A DNA stretch of 64,000 nucleotides from an uncultured Lentimicrobiaceae bacterium (GTDB lineage Bacteria; Bacteroidota; Bacteroidia; Bacteroidales; F082): NCBI GenBank assembly GCA_964460905.1, contig CAYWRM010000002.1:91173-155172 (forward strand). The letters are read 5' to 3'. Under the pieces are notes generated by a model. The model saw nothing but the letters and a program-made list of their open reading frames with translations. It was not told where the DNA came from and did not search any database. Positions within the stretch are counted from its first letter, which is position 1. The number at the start of each line of letters is the position of its first letter. The position numbers and the translations under genes were made by a program. Positions 17,947 through 27,945 of the stretch are shown here, piece by piece.

Positions 17947-19824
17947 ATGAAAAAGGCTCTTTTTATTATATTATTTCTCCTCGTTTATTTTTATTCAAGT
18001 CAGGGTCAAATTCCTTCGGGATACTATGATTCTGCTAGTGGTCTAAGTGGTGTTGCACTAAAAACCGTTCTTAATAATATTATTGATGGACATACAGAAA
18101 GAATATATGATTCGGTAAAGTTTGATCTTAGAGTTACTGATGAAGACCCAAATAATTCTGATAATATTATTTGTCTGTACACAGGTTGGTCTTATGCTAA
18201 AAGTGCCTGGGATGCTGGATCAGAAGGGTGGAACAGAGAGCATGTTTGGTCAAAATCCCATGGTGATTTTGGAAATACTCCTCCAGCAGGAACCGACCTT
18301 CATCATTTGAGACCGGCAGATATATCTGTTAATTCAACAAAAAGTAATCGTGATTTTGACTTTGGAACAATAGAAGTAATTGATGGCTCTGGTGCAACAG
18401 GTTGCAAAATCATACCAGGTGTGTGGGCGTGGGAACCAAGAGACTCTGAAAAAGGCGATGTTGCAAGAATGATTTTTTACATGGCCACCAGATATGAAGG
18501 AGAAAATAGTGAGGTAGATCTTGAAATAGTTGATTATGTTAACACCGCAGGTACAACTAACGAACCTTTCTACGGAAAATTATCTACCCTACTTCTATGG
18601 CATGCTAGCGACCCTGTTGATGCATGGGAGATAAACCGTAACAATATTATTTACACCGATTACCAGAATAATCGTAACCCGTATATCGATCATCCGGAAT
18701 ATGTGGATTTGATATGGGGAAATCCAAATTCAGAACCTAGTAATCATGTAACATCTTTTTCTGTCGGGAGTGCTACTTCATCATCATTAGTTTTAACATG
18801 GGACGATAATGACGGAGCTAATTTGGCTGATAAGTTCTTTTTAATGATAAATAATACAGGATCATTTATGTCTCCAGTAGATGGAGTTGAAAACAGTAAT
18901 GATACAGATATTAGCGATGGAAGTGGTCATGTAAATGTTAGCCATGGGGATGAAACTTATACTTTTACAAGATTGTCAGCAAATATTACCTATTATTTTA
19001 AAATATTTCCATATGCTAATTTTGGAACTAACATAGACTATAAAACTGATGGGACTATTCCAAATGCTACAACATCAACAAGTACAGAAAACTTGAGTTT
19101 GATAATTTCAGAGGTTGTTGATCCAAATGATGTGTATCAGGCAAGGTTTGTCGAATTGTATAATGCAGGAATTTCGACCATTGATTTTGGTAATGATACA
19201 TGGTATTTGTGTAGGCAGGCAAATGGATCTTCAACTTCGTGGGGTAATATTCTGCTTACTGGAAGTATAAATGCCAAGGATACATATGTTGTTTCATATA
19301 ATGAAACATCGTTTAATACAAGTTATAGTATTTATCCCGATAAATATAATGGTAATATAAGTGGAAACGGTAATGATGGTTATTTTCTTTATTCTGGTGG
19401 CGATAATAATACCGGAGTTTTAATTGACGCATTTGGCGTAATTGATATAGATGGAAGTGGTGAGGATTGGGAATATGAAGATTCAAAGGCAGTAAGAAAA
19501 TATCTTGATACAATTCCGTCCGCAAGTTGGCAAGCGGAACAATGGATAATAAATTCTGTGGCTAATGTTGAACATATGACACCTGGCTGGCATCATACTT
19601 CATTAATTTGGACCGGAACACAATCATCATCTTGGAAAGACAAGGATAACTGGGCTGACGGAGGTAATAATTCAGATTATCCACCCGATGCAGGATGTAA
19701 AATAAATATTTCCACCACATCAATCCAACCAATTATCTCTACTGAATCCGCATGTGACATTATTGAGTTAAATACAGGAGCTGTACTCACAATTTCAACA
19801 GGTAGTCTGATAATAGGACATTAA
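17947..19824 (+). CDS. secreted endonuclease I family nuclease fused to Fn3-like and lamin-tail (LTD)-like domains
   Basis: Signal peptide, then endonuclease I motifs NREHVWSKSHG, DLHHLRPADISVNSTKSNRDF and NPYIDHPE. A Fn3-like segment follows (SSLVLTWDD...YYFKIFPY), then an LTD-like segment (LIISEVVDPND...RFVELYN). Confidence 0.75.
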   Translation: MKKALFIILFLLVYFYSSQGQIPSGYYDSASGLSGVALKTVLNNIIDGHTERIYDSVKFDLRVTDEDPNNSDNIICLYTGWSYAKSAWDAGSEGWNREHVWSKSHGDFGNTPPAGTDLHHLRPADISVNSTKSNRDFDFGTIEVIDGSGATGCKIIPGVWAWEPRDSEKGDVARMIFYMATRYEGENSEVDLEIVDYVNTAGTTNEPFYGKLSTLLLWHASDPVDAWEINRNNIIYTDYQNNRNPYIDHPEYVDLIWGNPNSEPSNHVTSFSVGSATSSSLVLTWDDNDGANLADKFFLMINNTGSFMSPVDGVENSNDTDISDGSGHVNVSHGDETYTFTRLSANITYYFKIFPYANFGTNIDYKTDGTIPNATTSTSTENLSLIISEVVDPNDVYQARFVELYNAGISTIDFGNDTWYLCRQANGSSTSWGNILLTGSINAKDTYVVSYNETSFNTSYSIYPDKYNGNISGNGNDGYFLYSGGDNNTGVLIDAFGVIDIDGSGEDWEYEDSKAVRKYLDTIPSASWQAEQWIINSVANVEHMTPGWHHTSLIWTGTQSSSWKDKDNWADGGNNSDYPPDAGCKINISTTSIQPIISTESACDIIELNTGAVLTISTGSLIIGH

Positions 19825-20064
19825 TTATATCTTTCTTATCTTTTGCCTTCTATTTTCAAACAGAGATTCTTTGCTTTTCATGATATACGAAATCGTAAAA
19901 TTATCCATAAACGTATGTGATATTTACCTGTAATTTACATATTAGATATTTATTTTATTGCATTTACTTGCCTAACATAATGTAAACCAACACGATAAAA
20001 ACATAATAAATGAGCAATTGTCTTTTTGGCATATCAATTGCTATTAATGTTAAAACATTAAAAA

Positions 20065-20214
20065 ATGTTTGGTATCAGTTTAAAAAAAAATACAGAAAAA
20101 TTTGTAAAACATCAAAAGTATTTTAAATGCGAAAGATGTGGTTATATTACGATTGTAAGGGATTCCATCTGTCCGATTTGTGCGAAAGATGGCTTTAAAA
20201 TAAAAATGAAATAA
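20065..20214 (+). CDS. 49-aa zinc-ribbon protein (below the ORF-track cutoff)
   Basis: Hand-translated ATG..TAA ORF: MFGISLKKNTEKFVKHQKYFKCERCGYITIVRDSICPICAKDGFKIKMK. It has CxxC-N11-CxxC and ends 11 nt before the next ORF. Confidence 0.4.
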   Translation: MFGISLKKNTEKFVKHQKYFKCERCGYITIVRDSICPICAKDGFKIKMK

Positions 20215-20225
20215 CTTAATCTGCT

Positions 20226-20408
20226 ATGAAAATTAATGACAGTTACTCTGTTGACCAGATTGAATCTATTGGATTAAAAGAGAAAGAAGTAAAAGATTTG
20301 CAAGCTAATATTTACACTAAAGATCATAAAGTTTACTTTTTTGAGCCTGTTGGTAAAGAAAAGTTAAGACTTTATTCAATAATTAATGAGCGATCCTTTT
20401 TCCTTTAA
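20226..20408 (+). CDS. 60-aa hypothetical protein
   Basis: ORF-track ORF, tightly coupled to the zinc-ribbon ORF and followed by a strong terminator. No motif recognised. Confidence 0.35.
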   Translation: MKINDSYSVDQIESIGLKEKEVKDLQANIYTKDHKVYFFEPVGKEKLRLYSIINERSFFL

Positions 20409-20441
20409 TCGGATTTTATATCCGGCAAAAGCCCGCCTAAA

Positions 20442-20474
20442 AACCTTATATCGTACCAGATATAAGGTTTTTTT
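20442..20474 (+). terminator. rho-independent terminator
   Basis: 10-bp stem aaccttatat/atataaggtt with an 8-nt loop, followed by a T7 run. Confidence 0.65.
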
Positions 20475-20531
20475 ATTTTTACATGTTTGATGTTTTTGGA
20501 ATTGTGATGTTTATGCACTTTCTTTGCTATT

Positions 20532-21341
20532 ATGATTTGCTTTCCAAATGCCAAAATTAATCTGGGATTATCAATAACTGAAAAACGTTTTGATGGAATG
20601 CATAACATTGAAACATGTTTTGTTCCAATACCGTTATTTGATATACTGGAGATCCAGCCCTCCAACAGCTTTTCAATTACACATTACGGATTACCAATAC
20701 CTGGTAACCCTAATGATAATTTAATAGAAAAAGCATGGAATTTATTGTTATCAGTAAGAAAAGAAATTAAGCCGGTTAAAATATTATTGTATAAAAATAT
20801 ACCAATTGGTTCCGGTCTTGGTGGTGGGTCATCAAATGCTACATTTTTTCTTGTAGCTATGAACTCCCTCTTTTCACTTGGTTTTTCATCAGATGAAATA
20901 CAGTTTCTGTCATCTAAAATTGGCGCTGACTGCCCTTTCTTTGTTAAAAATGAAGTTACCTTTGCAAAAGGAGTGGGGAATATTTTTTCCTCTATTGAAA
21001 ACCCTGTTTATGGGATGCATATAACAATAGTTTTTCCTAATGTTCACATATCTTCAAAAGATGTTTATTCAAAGATTAAGCAAGTCAATATTTCTAATCT
21101 AAGTACAGTTCTAAACAATGAAAAATCTACATGGAAGAGTGAATTGAAAAATGAGTTAGAAGAAATAGTATTTGACGATTTTTCAAACATTAAGAAAATT
21201 AAGGATCTTTTATATGATTCAGGAGCGCTATATGCTTCATTAACAGGTAGTGGGTCGGCTATTTATGCTTTATCTGATAAACCAATAGATATAAAAAAAA
21301 TACCGAATAAATACAGCGTTTGGTCAGGGATTTTAAATTGA
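20532..21341 (+). CDS. ispE: 4-diphosphocytidyl-2-C-methyl-D-erythritol kinase
   Basis: N-terminal PNAKINLGL and the GHMP kinase motif PIGSGLGGGSSNA. 269 aa. Confidence 0.85.
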   Translation: MICFPNAKINLGLSITEKRFDGMHNIETCFVPIPLFDILEIQPSNSFSITHYGLPIPGNPNDNLIEKAWNLLLSVRKEIKPVKILLYKNIPIGSGLGGGSSNATFFLVAMNSLFSLGFSSDEIQFLSSKIGADCPFFVKNEVTFAKGVGNIFSSIENPVYGMHITIVFPNVHISSKDVYSKIKQVNISNLSTVLNNEKSTWKSELKNELEEIVFDDFSNIKKIKDLLYDSGALYASLTGSGSAIYALSDKPIDIKKIPNKYSVWSGILN

Positions 21342-21387
21342 AATAAGAAATAATACTGAGTTTAGTAACCCTTATAAATTTAAAAAT

Positions 21388-22146
21388 ATGAATAAAATTA
21401 CTTTAATTACAGGTGCTACAAGTGGAATAGGTCGTTCATGTGCATATGTTTTTGCAGAAAACAAACATGACTTAATAATAACCGGAAGAAGAAATGACCG
21501 TCTATTGGAAATTTCCAATGATTTGAAATCAAAATATGACGTAAGCGTTCTTCCTTTGCCTTTTGACATTAGAAATAATGATGCAGTTAAAGCTGCTGTT
21601 TCATCTTTACCAACTGATTGGAAAAATATTGAAATACTTATTAATAACGCAGGTTTGGCAGTAGGGCTGGGAACTTTACAAGATGGAGATATTGATGATT
21701 GGGAAAGAATGATTGATACAAATGTTAAAGGACTCCTGTACATGTCGAGAGCAGTATTACCGTTGTTGGTTAAACAAAACAAAGGACATGTTATAAATAT
21801 AGGTTCAATTGCAGGAAAAGAAGTTTATCCCAACGGCAATGTATATTGTGCTACAAAATATGCAGTTGATGCTTTAACTAAAGCAATGCGTATCGATTTG
21901 GTTAAGCATGGTATTAAAGTAACACAAATTGCACCGGGAGCAATTGAAACAGAGTTTTCAATAGTTCGTTTTAAAGGTGATAAAGCCAAAGCTGATGGAA
22001 TTTATACTGGATACCAGCCTCTTATGCCCGATGATATTGCTAATGTTGCATACTATACTACTACTTTACCTGCTCATGTTAACATTAATGATTTGGTTAT
22101 AATGCCAACTGCTCAGGCTAGTGCAACAGTATTTAATAAAGATTGA
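21388..22146 (+). CDS. SDR family NAD(P)-dependent oxidoreductase (YdfG-like)
   Basis: TGATSGIGRS cofactor motif, NNAG, and catalytic YCATKYAV (YxxxK). 252 aa. Confidence 0.85.
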   Translation: MNKITLITGATSGIGRSCAYVFAENKHDLIITGRRNDRLLEISNDLKSKYDVSVLPLPFDIRNNDAVKAAVSSLPTDWKNIEILINNAGLAVGLGTLQDGDIDDWERMIDTNVKGLLYMSRAVLPLLVKQNKGHVINIGSIAGKEVYPNGNVYCATKYAVDALTKAMRIDLVKHGIKVTQIAPGAIETEFSIVRFKGDKAKADGIYTGYQPLMPDDIANVAYYTTTLPAHVNINDLVIMPTAQASATVFNKD

Positions 22147-22259
22147 CCCAACATTTAAAATTAAGTATTTCAATTATTACTTCTTACCTCCAGTTTATTT
22201 TATTAATGAACGTATGTACTAGTAAATGAGACGGTTATGAATATTAATATTTTTTAATT

Positions 22260-23174
22260 TTGTTGCCTCAAAAGCAAATCTTCTTCTGGGCAGTAAATTT
22301 AGGGTTAACTTATCAATTCGACCAACCAAATAGATTTTTATATAATGCTCAGTTACGAATTGCTAACAGGTTGGTATTTAGTAAGTGGCGTGATGCTTTT
22401 GGAGGACGGATGCGTGCAATTGTGTCGGGAGGTGCTACTTTGCAGCCGCGATTGGCACAGGTATATAATGCTGCTGGTATTCCTGTTGTTGAGGGTTATG
22501 GTATAACTGAGTCTTCTCCGGTTATTGCAGTTAATACTTTTAAATCTAAACAAAGGAAAATAGGTACTGTAGGTCCTGCTTTAAAGAATGTAGATGTTAG
22601 CATTTCGGATGTTGGAGAAATACTCGTAAAAGGCCCCAATGTTATGAAAGGTTATTACCGTAATCAAGAAATGACAGATAAAACTATTATGGATGGCTGG
22701 TTGCATACTGGTGATGTTGGCCTAATTGATGAGGATGGCATGCTTAAAATTACAGGAAGAGTTAAAGAAATCTTCAAAACTTCAATGGGAAAATATATTA
22801 GTCCTGTATTGCTTGAAAATAAAATTAAAGAATCGCCATTCTTTGATCAGATAATTGTATTGGGTGAGAATCAAAAATTTGCCGCAGCAGTAATTGTTCC
22901 CGACTTTGAACATCTTAAATCATGGTGTACGATTAAAGGTATTAATTATACAACTAACCTTGAAATGATTGCCAGCAAAGTTGTAAAAGACCGTTTTAAA
23001 AAAGAAATAGATTGTTTTAATAAACAATTTGGTGATACGGATAAAATTAAGAAGTTTGAATTAATTGATCATGAATGGACAATTGATTCAGGCGAAATTA
23101 CAGCAAATTTGAAGATAAAGCGTAGACATATACAAAAGAAGTACACAGAACAGATTGATCGTTTGTTTTTATAG
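22260..23174 (+). pseudogene. 5'-truncated long-chain acyl-CoA ligase (C-terminal half only)
   Basis: The ORF begins mid-family at KQIFFWAVNLGLTY and carries only the distal motifs (GYGITESSP, GWLHTGDVG, GRVKEIFK). There is no T/S-GTTG-PKG P-loop region. An in-frame stop lies 4 codons upstream, and the 113-nt upstream spacer is non-coding. Confidence 0.65.
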
Positions 23175-23180
23175 TGTTGT

Positions 23181-24185
23181 TTAATTCATTATCCTAAATA
23201 CCAACTCCTTAAGCTCTCCGTAGCTGGTGGCATTAATGTTGTCAACCCCTTTGCTTTTTAAATCCAGGGTTCGTATTCTTGAAATAATATCGATTATTTT
23301 TTGTGGTGAAAATGATCGTGATGCTTTGCTGTAATCTTTTAAAAAGAAAGGAGGAACTCCTAGTTCTGATGCTATTTTATTAGGTTCTTTATTTTTAATT
23401 TTATGGTAAAGGAAGATCTTTATAAAATAATTATGAAGTATAGGTGAAATCATTTGTAATGGATGATCCTTTGGGTTTGCTTCAAAATACTGAATAATAC
23501 GGTGAGCTTTTAATTGATCCTTTTCGCTCAAGGCGTGTTGTAATTCAAATAAATTGTAATCTTTGCTAATTCCAATATTTTCTTCTATTTCATTTTCAGT
23601 TATATGAGTTTGTTTGGGGATATTAATTACTAGTTTGTTAATTTCATTTGAAATTTTACCAAGATCATTACCAAGATATTCAGACATTAGCATAAGGGCA
23701 ACAGGAGAAATAGAATATCCTTTCACATTTATCTCTGTTTCAATCCATTTTGGAATTAAATAATCCTTAATCCTTTCTGAATCAAAAACTACGGTTGATT
23801 TTGAAGCTTTCATTTTTTTGTAAAATGATTTCCTTTTATCAACTTTTTTATGCTTGTAGGCTATAATAAGAATTGTTGAATTGAGAGGTGTATTGATGTA
23901 TGCTTCAATATCTTCAATCTGATTTAGATATTGAGCTTCTTTAACAATTACTACCTGATAATTCCCCATCATGGGGTATCGTTTACTAAGATCAATAACA
24001 TCTTTTACATTGACATCCCTTCCATAAATAATTGTTTGATTAAATCCTTTCAGATCTTCGTCAAGTATGCTATTTTCCAACAAAGATGTAATGTTATCTA
24101 TAAAATAAGGTTCTTCACCGGATAAAAAATAAATAGGTGAAAATATATTATTTTGAATGTCCCTGATTATGTGTTCGTACTTCAA
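23181..24185 (-). CDS. holA: DNA polymerase III subunit delta
   Basis: N-terminal pattern PIYFLSGEEPYFID. 334 aa helical protein of typical HolA length and context. Confidence 0.75.
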   Translation of the reverse strand: MKYEHIIRDIQNNIFSPIYFLSGEEPYFIDNITSLLENSILDEDLKGFNQTIIYGRDVNVKDVIDLSKRYPMMGNYQVVIVKEAQYLNQIEDIEAYINTPLNSTILIIAYKHKKVDKRKSFYKKMKASKSTVVFDSERIKDYLIPKWIETEINVKGYSISPVALMLMSEYLGNDLGKISNEINKLVINIPKQTHITENEIEENIGISKDYNLFELQHALSEKDQLKAHRIIQYFEANPKDHPLQMISPILHNYFIKIFLYHKIKNKEPNKIASELGVPPFFLKDYSKASRSFSPQKIIDIISRIRTLDLKSKGVDNINATSYGELKELVFRIMN

Positions 24186-24187
24186 AG

Positions 24188-24976
24188 CTAGAATCTCAAA
24201 TGTTTAACAGTTGCTCCATCATTTATAAGCTGCTTTAACGATTCTATGCCAATTTTAACATGTTCTACAACAAAATTCCTGCTTACATTTAAATCGCTTT
24301 CAATGGTTTTTATACCTTCAGGGATCATAGGTTGATCAGTAACCAGAAGCAGAGCTCCGGTTGGTATTTCATTAACAAAACCTACTGTAAATATTGTTGC
24401 TGTTTCCATATCAATGGCCATAGATCTGGTTGATCTAAGATATTTCTTGAACTTTGTATCGTGTTCCCACACCCTGCGATTTGTTGTAAAAACTGTACCT
24501 GTCCAGTAGTCTCTTTTAAAATCACGAATTGTTGTGGAAATTGCCTTTTGCAAACTAAAGGCAGGTAACGCGGGTACACGTTCTGGTAGATAATCATTTG
24601 AAGTTCCATCACCTCTAATAGCTGCAATTGGTAGTATTAAATCACCTACTTGATTTTTTCGTTTTAAACCGCCACATTTGCCTAAAAAAAGTACCGCCTT
24701 AGGATCAATACCACTTAGTAAATCCATTATTGTTGCTGCATTTGCACTTCCAATACCAAAATTAATCATTGTAATATTACCTGCTGTTGCACAAGGCATC
24801 GGTCTGTCTTTACCAATAATTTCAGTTTTATTCCATTCGGCAAACAGATTTAAGTATTCACCAAAATTTGTTAGTAATATATATTTTCCAAAATTATCTA
24901 AGTCCATTCCTGTATATCGTGGAAGCCAGTTAGAGACTATCTCCTTTTTATCCTTCATACTATAATTTTTATGCAA
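24188..24976 (-). CDS. amn: AMP nucleosidase (short PNP/UDP-phosphorylase-fold form)
   Basis: PNP_UDP_1-like core (FLGKCGGL, AIDMETATIF) with an N-terminal LPRYTG segment as in short AMP nucleosidases. The start could be the internal ATG at codon 7. Confidence 0.65.
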   Translation of the reverse strand: MHKNYSMKDKKEIVSNWLPRYTGMDLDNFGKYILLTNFGEYLNLFAEWNKTEIIGKDRPMPCATAGNITMINFGIGSANAATIMDLLSGIDPKAVLFLGKCGGLKRKNQVGDLILPIAAIRGDGTSNDYLPERVPALPAFSLQKAISTTIRDFKRDYWTGTVFTTNRRVWEHDTKFKKYLRSTRSMAIDMETATIFTVGFVNEIPTGALLLVTDQPMIPEGIKTIESDLNVSRNFVVEHVKIGIESLKQLINDGATVKHLRF

Positions 24977-25094
24977 AGTTAAATATTTTAGCTTAGTTTT
25001 ATCAACTCTATTTTTATAGAATGAGATAATGCAAGAATGAAAGAATTAGAAACATATTTTATCATTCAATCATTAATTAAATCAAAGGAATATC

Positions 25095-25559
25095 ATGAAA
25101 TTGAATCTTCCCGAATATCAATTTAAAATGAGGGTAAACACATTTGGAAAGGATGAGATATTTGATGAATTTCGAAAGAAGTTTGTAACATTAACTCCCG
25201 AGGAATGGGTGCGTCAGAATTTTATCAGGTATTTAAAAGAAGAGAAAAATTATCCACCAATGCTAATTGCAATAGAGAAAGGAATTAGAGTGAATAATAT
25301 GCAAAAAAGGTTTGATGCTGTGGTTCATGATCGTAATGGACAACCTGTTATGTTAATTGAATTTAAATCACCAGAAGTTAAAATCAATCAACAAGTAATG
25401 GAACAAATTTCACGATATAATTTGAGCCTAAAAGTTAACTACTTAATCATTAGTAATGGCTTATTGCATTATTGTTGTTATGTAGATAAGGGGACAGGCA
25501 ATATCAAATTTTTGAATGATATACCCGAGTATAATATGATGAATAAAAAAGATATTTAA
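25095..25559 (+). CDS. HsdR_N-like PD-(D/E)xK domain protein (stand-alone)
   Basis: 154 aa. TPEEWVRQNFIRYL, then D...ExK in FDAVVHDRNGQPVMLIEFKSPEVK. There are no adjacent methylase or specificity genes. Confidence 0.6.
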   Translation: MKLNLPEYQFKMRVNTFGKDEIFDEFRKKFVTLTPEEWVRQNFIRYLKEEKNYPPMLIAIEKGIRVNNMQKRFDAVVHDRNGQPVMLIEFKSPEVKINQQVMEQISRYNLSLKVNYLIISNGLLHYCCYVDKGTGNIKFLNDIPEYNMMNKKDI

Positions 25560-25692
25560 TGACTATAAATGTGTTTGTCAAGGTCCTTAATTGAATACAG
25601 AGCCATTGACATCAATTAATTAGTTACATACTTTAAAAATGGTATCGTAAAAAAATCATAATATCTTTTTTTTCGTGAATGGTAAAATATAG

Positions 25693-25700
25693 TACATTTG
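25693..25700 (+). promoter_or_regulatory. candidate -7 promoter element TAcaTTTG
   Basis: Exact TAnnTTTG match about 95 nt upstream of the 25795 start. Confidence 0.25.
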
Positions 25701-25794
25701 CTTGAAATATGTTTTGACATGAAAGTAAAGTGGTTACATTTATGTGTAAATTCTGCAATCGCCTTACTGTTAACCGATAAAAATTTTTAAATAG

Positions 25795-26394
25795 ATGAAA
25801 AAGACGTTAATTCAAATTGGTTTATTTGTAATAATTGTTGCTCTTGGTTATTTTGTTTACGAAAGTATAATGGAACCTGTTAGGTTTAACAAGGAAAAAC
25901 AACAAAGAGAGAAGGTTGTTATTGAAAGGCTTAAGGATATTAGAAGCTCGCAATTTATTTTTAAACAACTATCCGGATCGTATGCAGTTAATTTCGACAC
26001 TTTAATTTCATTTCTTAAAGTTGCAGAAATTCCTGTTGTAAAAATTATTCCCGATCCTAATGATACAACATACACTCTTACAATTAATGATACTGTTGGT
26101 TATATAAAGGTTGCTGATTCATTATTTGGAAAGCGCAACAATTTCAAATACACACAGCTAAAAACAATACCTTTTTCCGGAGGCGATATTTTCTTTATGC
26201 AAGCCGATACTATTGAAAGAGGCGGTGTTGAAGTTCATGTGTTTGAAGCAAAAGCTCCATTTACATCTTTCTTAAAGGGGATGAACGAGCAGGCTGTAAT
26301 CAACATTATTGCAAAGTTTGAAGATATTGAAAGATATCCAGGCTTGAGGGTTGGATCATTAACAGAGCCATCAACCGATGGTAACTGGGAGTAA
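25795..26394 (+). CDS. hypothetical membrane-anchored protein
   Basis: 199 aa with a single N-terminal TM helix (IQIGLFVIIVALGYFVY). No motif recognised. Confidence 0.5.
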   Translation: MKKTLIQIGLFVIIVALGYFVYESIMEPVRFNKEKQQREKVVIERLKDIRSSQFIFKQLSGSYAVNFDTLISFLKVAEIPVVKIIPDPNDTTYTLTINDTVGYIKVADSLFGKRNNFKYTQLKTIPFSGGDIFFMQADTIERGGVEVHVFEAKAPFTSFLKGMNEQAVINIIAKFEDIERYPGLRVGSLTEPSTDGNWE

Positions 26395-26489
26395 TTTTCA
26401 ACGAAAGTTTTTTTATTTGAAAGTTCTTGGATTAAGAATTATATACGATAGTAACTTTCTATATTTGGCTTAATAAACATTTTATTTAG

Positions 26490-27359
26490 ATGGCTTTACA
26501 GTTAACTCCATATATAAGTTATTTTGATAAGTCTTTTAAAGAGTCTCAAACCAGAAACTATACTCTATCCATTCAGCTTTCTGTAAAAAGTCTTGTATTT
26601 ACGGTTTATAATACCAATAAAAACAAGTTTATTGGAGTTGAGATGTATCGTTTTTCTGATATTGAAAGTGCAGATCAACTACCATCATATTTAGGTAAGG
26701 TGCTTAATAACAGGCCTTCGTTTGGTTACCCATATGATTCGGTGTTTCTATTGTACCAGAATAAATATTCAACATTAATCCCGCAACCATTATTTAGCGA
26801 AGACCAGAAGAACCTGTATCTTGGTTTTAATCAACCTTTTCGGGAAAATAGCAGAATAGTTTTTGATGAACTTAAAAATAATGAAGCAGTAAATGTTTAT
26901 TACTTGCCAAATCTTGTAATTGAAAAAGCAAAAGATTTTTGGCCAAATGTTAATTTATTACATTTTTCAACCGCGCTAATTGAAGGCTTATCAATCAATT
27001 TTAAAAACAAAGTTGATACAAAAACGTTATTTGTAAACCTTCGTGATGATTGTTTCGACTTAGTGTATTTTAAGGAAAACAAGCTTCATTTTTATAACGC
27101 ATTTGATTTTCTTACAAAAGAAGATTTTATTTACTTTCTTTTAATAAGTATTGATCAATTAATGCTTAATCCTGAAGATGTAAAGCTAATTATGCTTGGA
27201 GACATTGGTAAAACAGATGATACGTACAGTATGATTCATCAATATATTAAGAACTATACTTTTATTTCTAAGAATGACAATTATGGTTATTCTTTTGTGT
27301 TGGATGAATTAGTATATCATAAATATTATACGCTTTTTAATGCAATACAATGCGAATAG
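26490..27359 (+). CDS. hypothetical protein (DUF3822-like, commonly precedes rsmD in Bacteroidota)
   Basis: 289 aa. It overlaps rsmD by 10 nt. The family call is from memory of synteny, not from a motif. Confidence 0.5.
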   Translation: MALQLTPYISYFDKSFKESQTRNYTLSIQLSVKSLVFTVYNTNKNKFIGVEMYRFSDIESADQLPSYLGKVLNNRPSFGYPYDSVFLLYQNKYSTLIPQPLFSEDQKNLYLGFNQPFRENSRIVFDELKNNEAVNVYYLPNLVIEKAKDFWPNVNLLHFSTALIEGLSINFKNKVDTKTLFVNLRDDCFDLVYFKENKLHFYNAFDFLTKEDFIYFLLISIDQLMLNPEDVKLIMLGDIGKTDDTYSMIHQYIKNYTFISKNDNYGYSFVLDELVYHKYYTLFNAIQCE

Positions 27360-27886
27360 TTAGCGGAAGATATAAGCGTAGAATTATTTCCCCACCAAAG
27401 AACTTACCCGTGCGCCCTACAACTGATATGGCTAAAGAAAGCCTATTCAATATACTGGGTAATTACATCAGCTTTGACGGTAGTACAGTACTTGATCTTT
27501 TTGCCGGAACTGGAAATATTTCGTTTGAGTTTGTGTCGAGAGGTTGTAATGCTGTTACTTCTGTTGATCAGGATTTTGGCTGTATTAGGTTTATTAATCA
27601 AACAGCTAAGCAGCTTGATATGAAAGAGTTGATAGTTATAAAGCAGGATGTTTTTCGTTTCTTGTCTGCTACTAAAAGTAAATATGATGTAATATTTGCC
27701 GACCCACCATACAAGTTAAATAATATCAGTGAAATTAGTAATTTGATTTTTAAGAATAGTTTACTTAACCCCAAAGGCTGGCTAATAGTTGAGCACTCTG
27801 GTGATCTGGATCTCTCAGAGGAGTTGCATTTTTTTGAACACAGAAAATATGGCAGGGTTAATTTTAGTTTCTTTCAAATGGAATAA
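27350..27886 (+). CDS. rsmD: 16S rRNA (guanine966-N2)-methyltransferase
   Basis: MRIVSGRYKRR...PVRPTTD N-terminus, SAM motif LDLFAGTGNISFE, and the DPPY motif. Confidence 0.85.
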   Translation: MRIVSGRYKRRIISPPKNLPVRPTTDMAKESLFNILGNYISFDGSTVLDLFAGTGNISFEFVSRGCNAVTSVDQDFGCIRFINQTAKQLDMKELIVIKQDVFRFLSATKSKYDVIFADPPYKLNNISEISNLIFKNSLLNPKGWLIVEHSGDLDLSEELHFFEHRKYGRVNFSFFQME

Positions 27887-27945
27887 TAATAATTTACAGT
27901 TCCATAAAAGCAAGAATGTTTAAACAAATTAACCACAAGCAATCT

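Noticed and set aside
20405-20665. 86-aa minus-strand ORF spanning the terminator and the ispE start
   Set aside because: It reads through the terminator hairpin and is antisense to the conserved IspE N-terminus.
21372-21782. 136-aa minus-strand ORF overlapping the SDR gene
   Set aside because: It is fully antisense to an SDR CDS that has the TGxxxGIG and YxxxK motifs. No motif or signal supports it.
24188-25559. AMP nucleosidase plus HsdR_N-like nuclease as a defence or restriction module
   Set aside because: The genes are divergent, there are no methyltransferase, specificity, ATPase or sensor genes, and both families are, as far as I recall, conserved housekeeping-context genes in Bacteroidota. 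They are only recorded as features.
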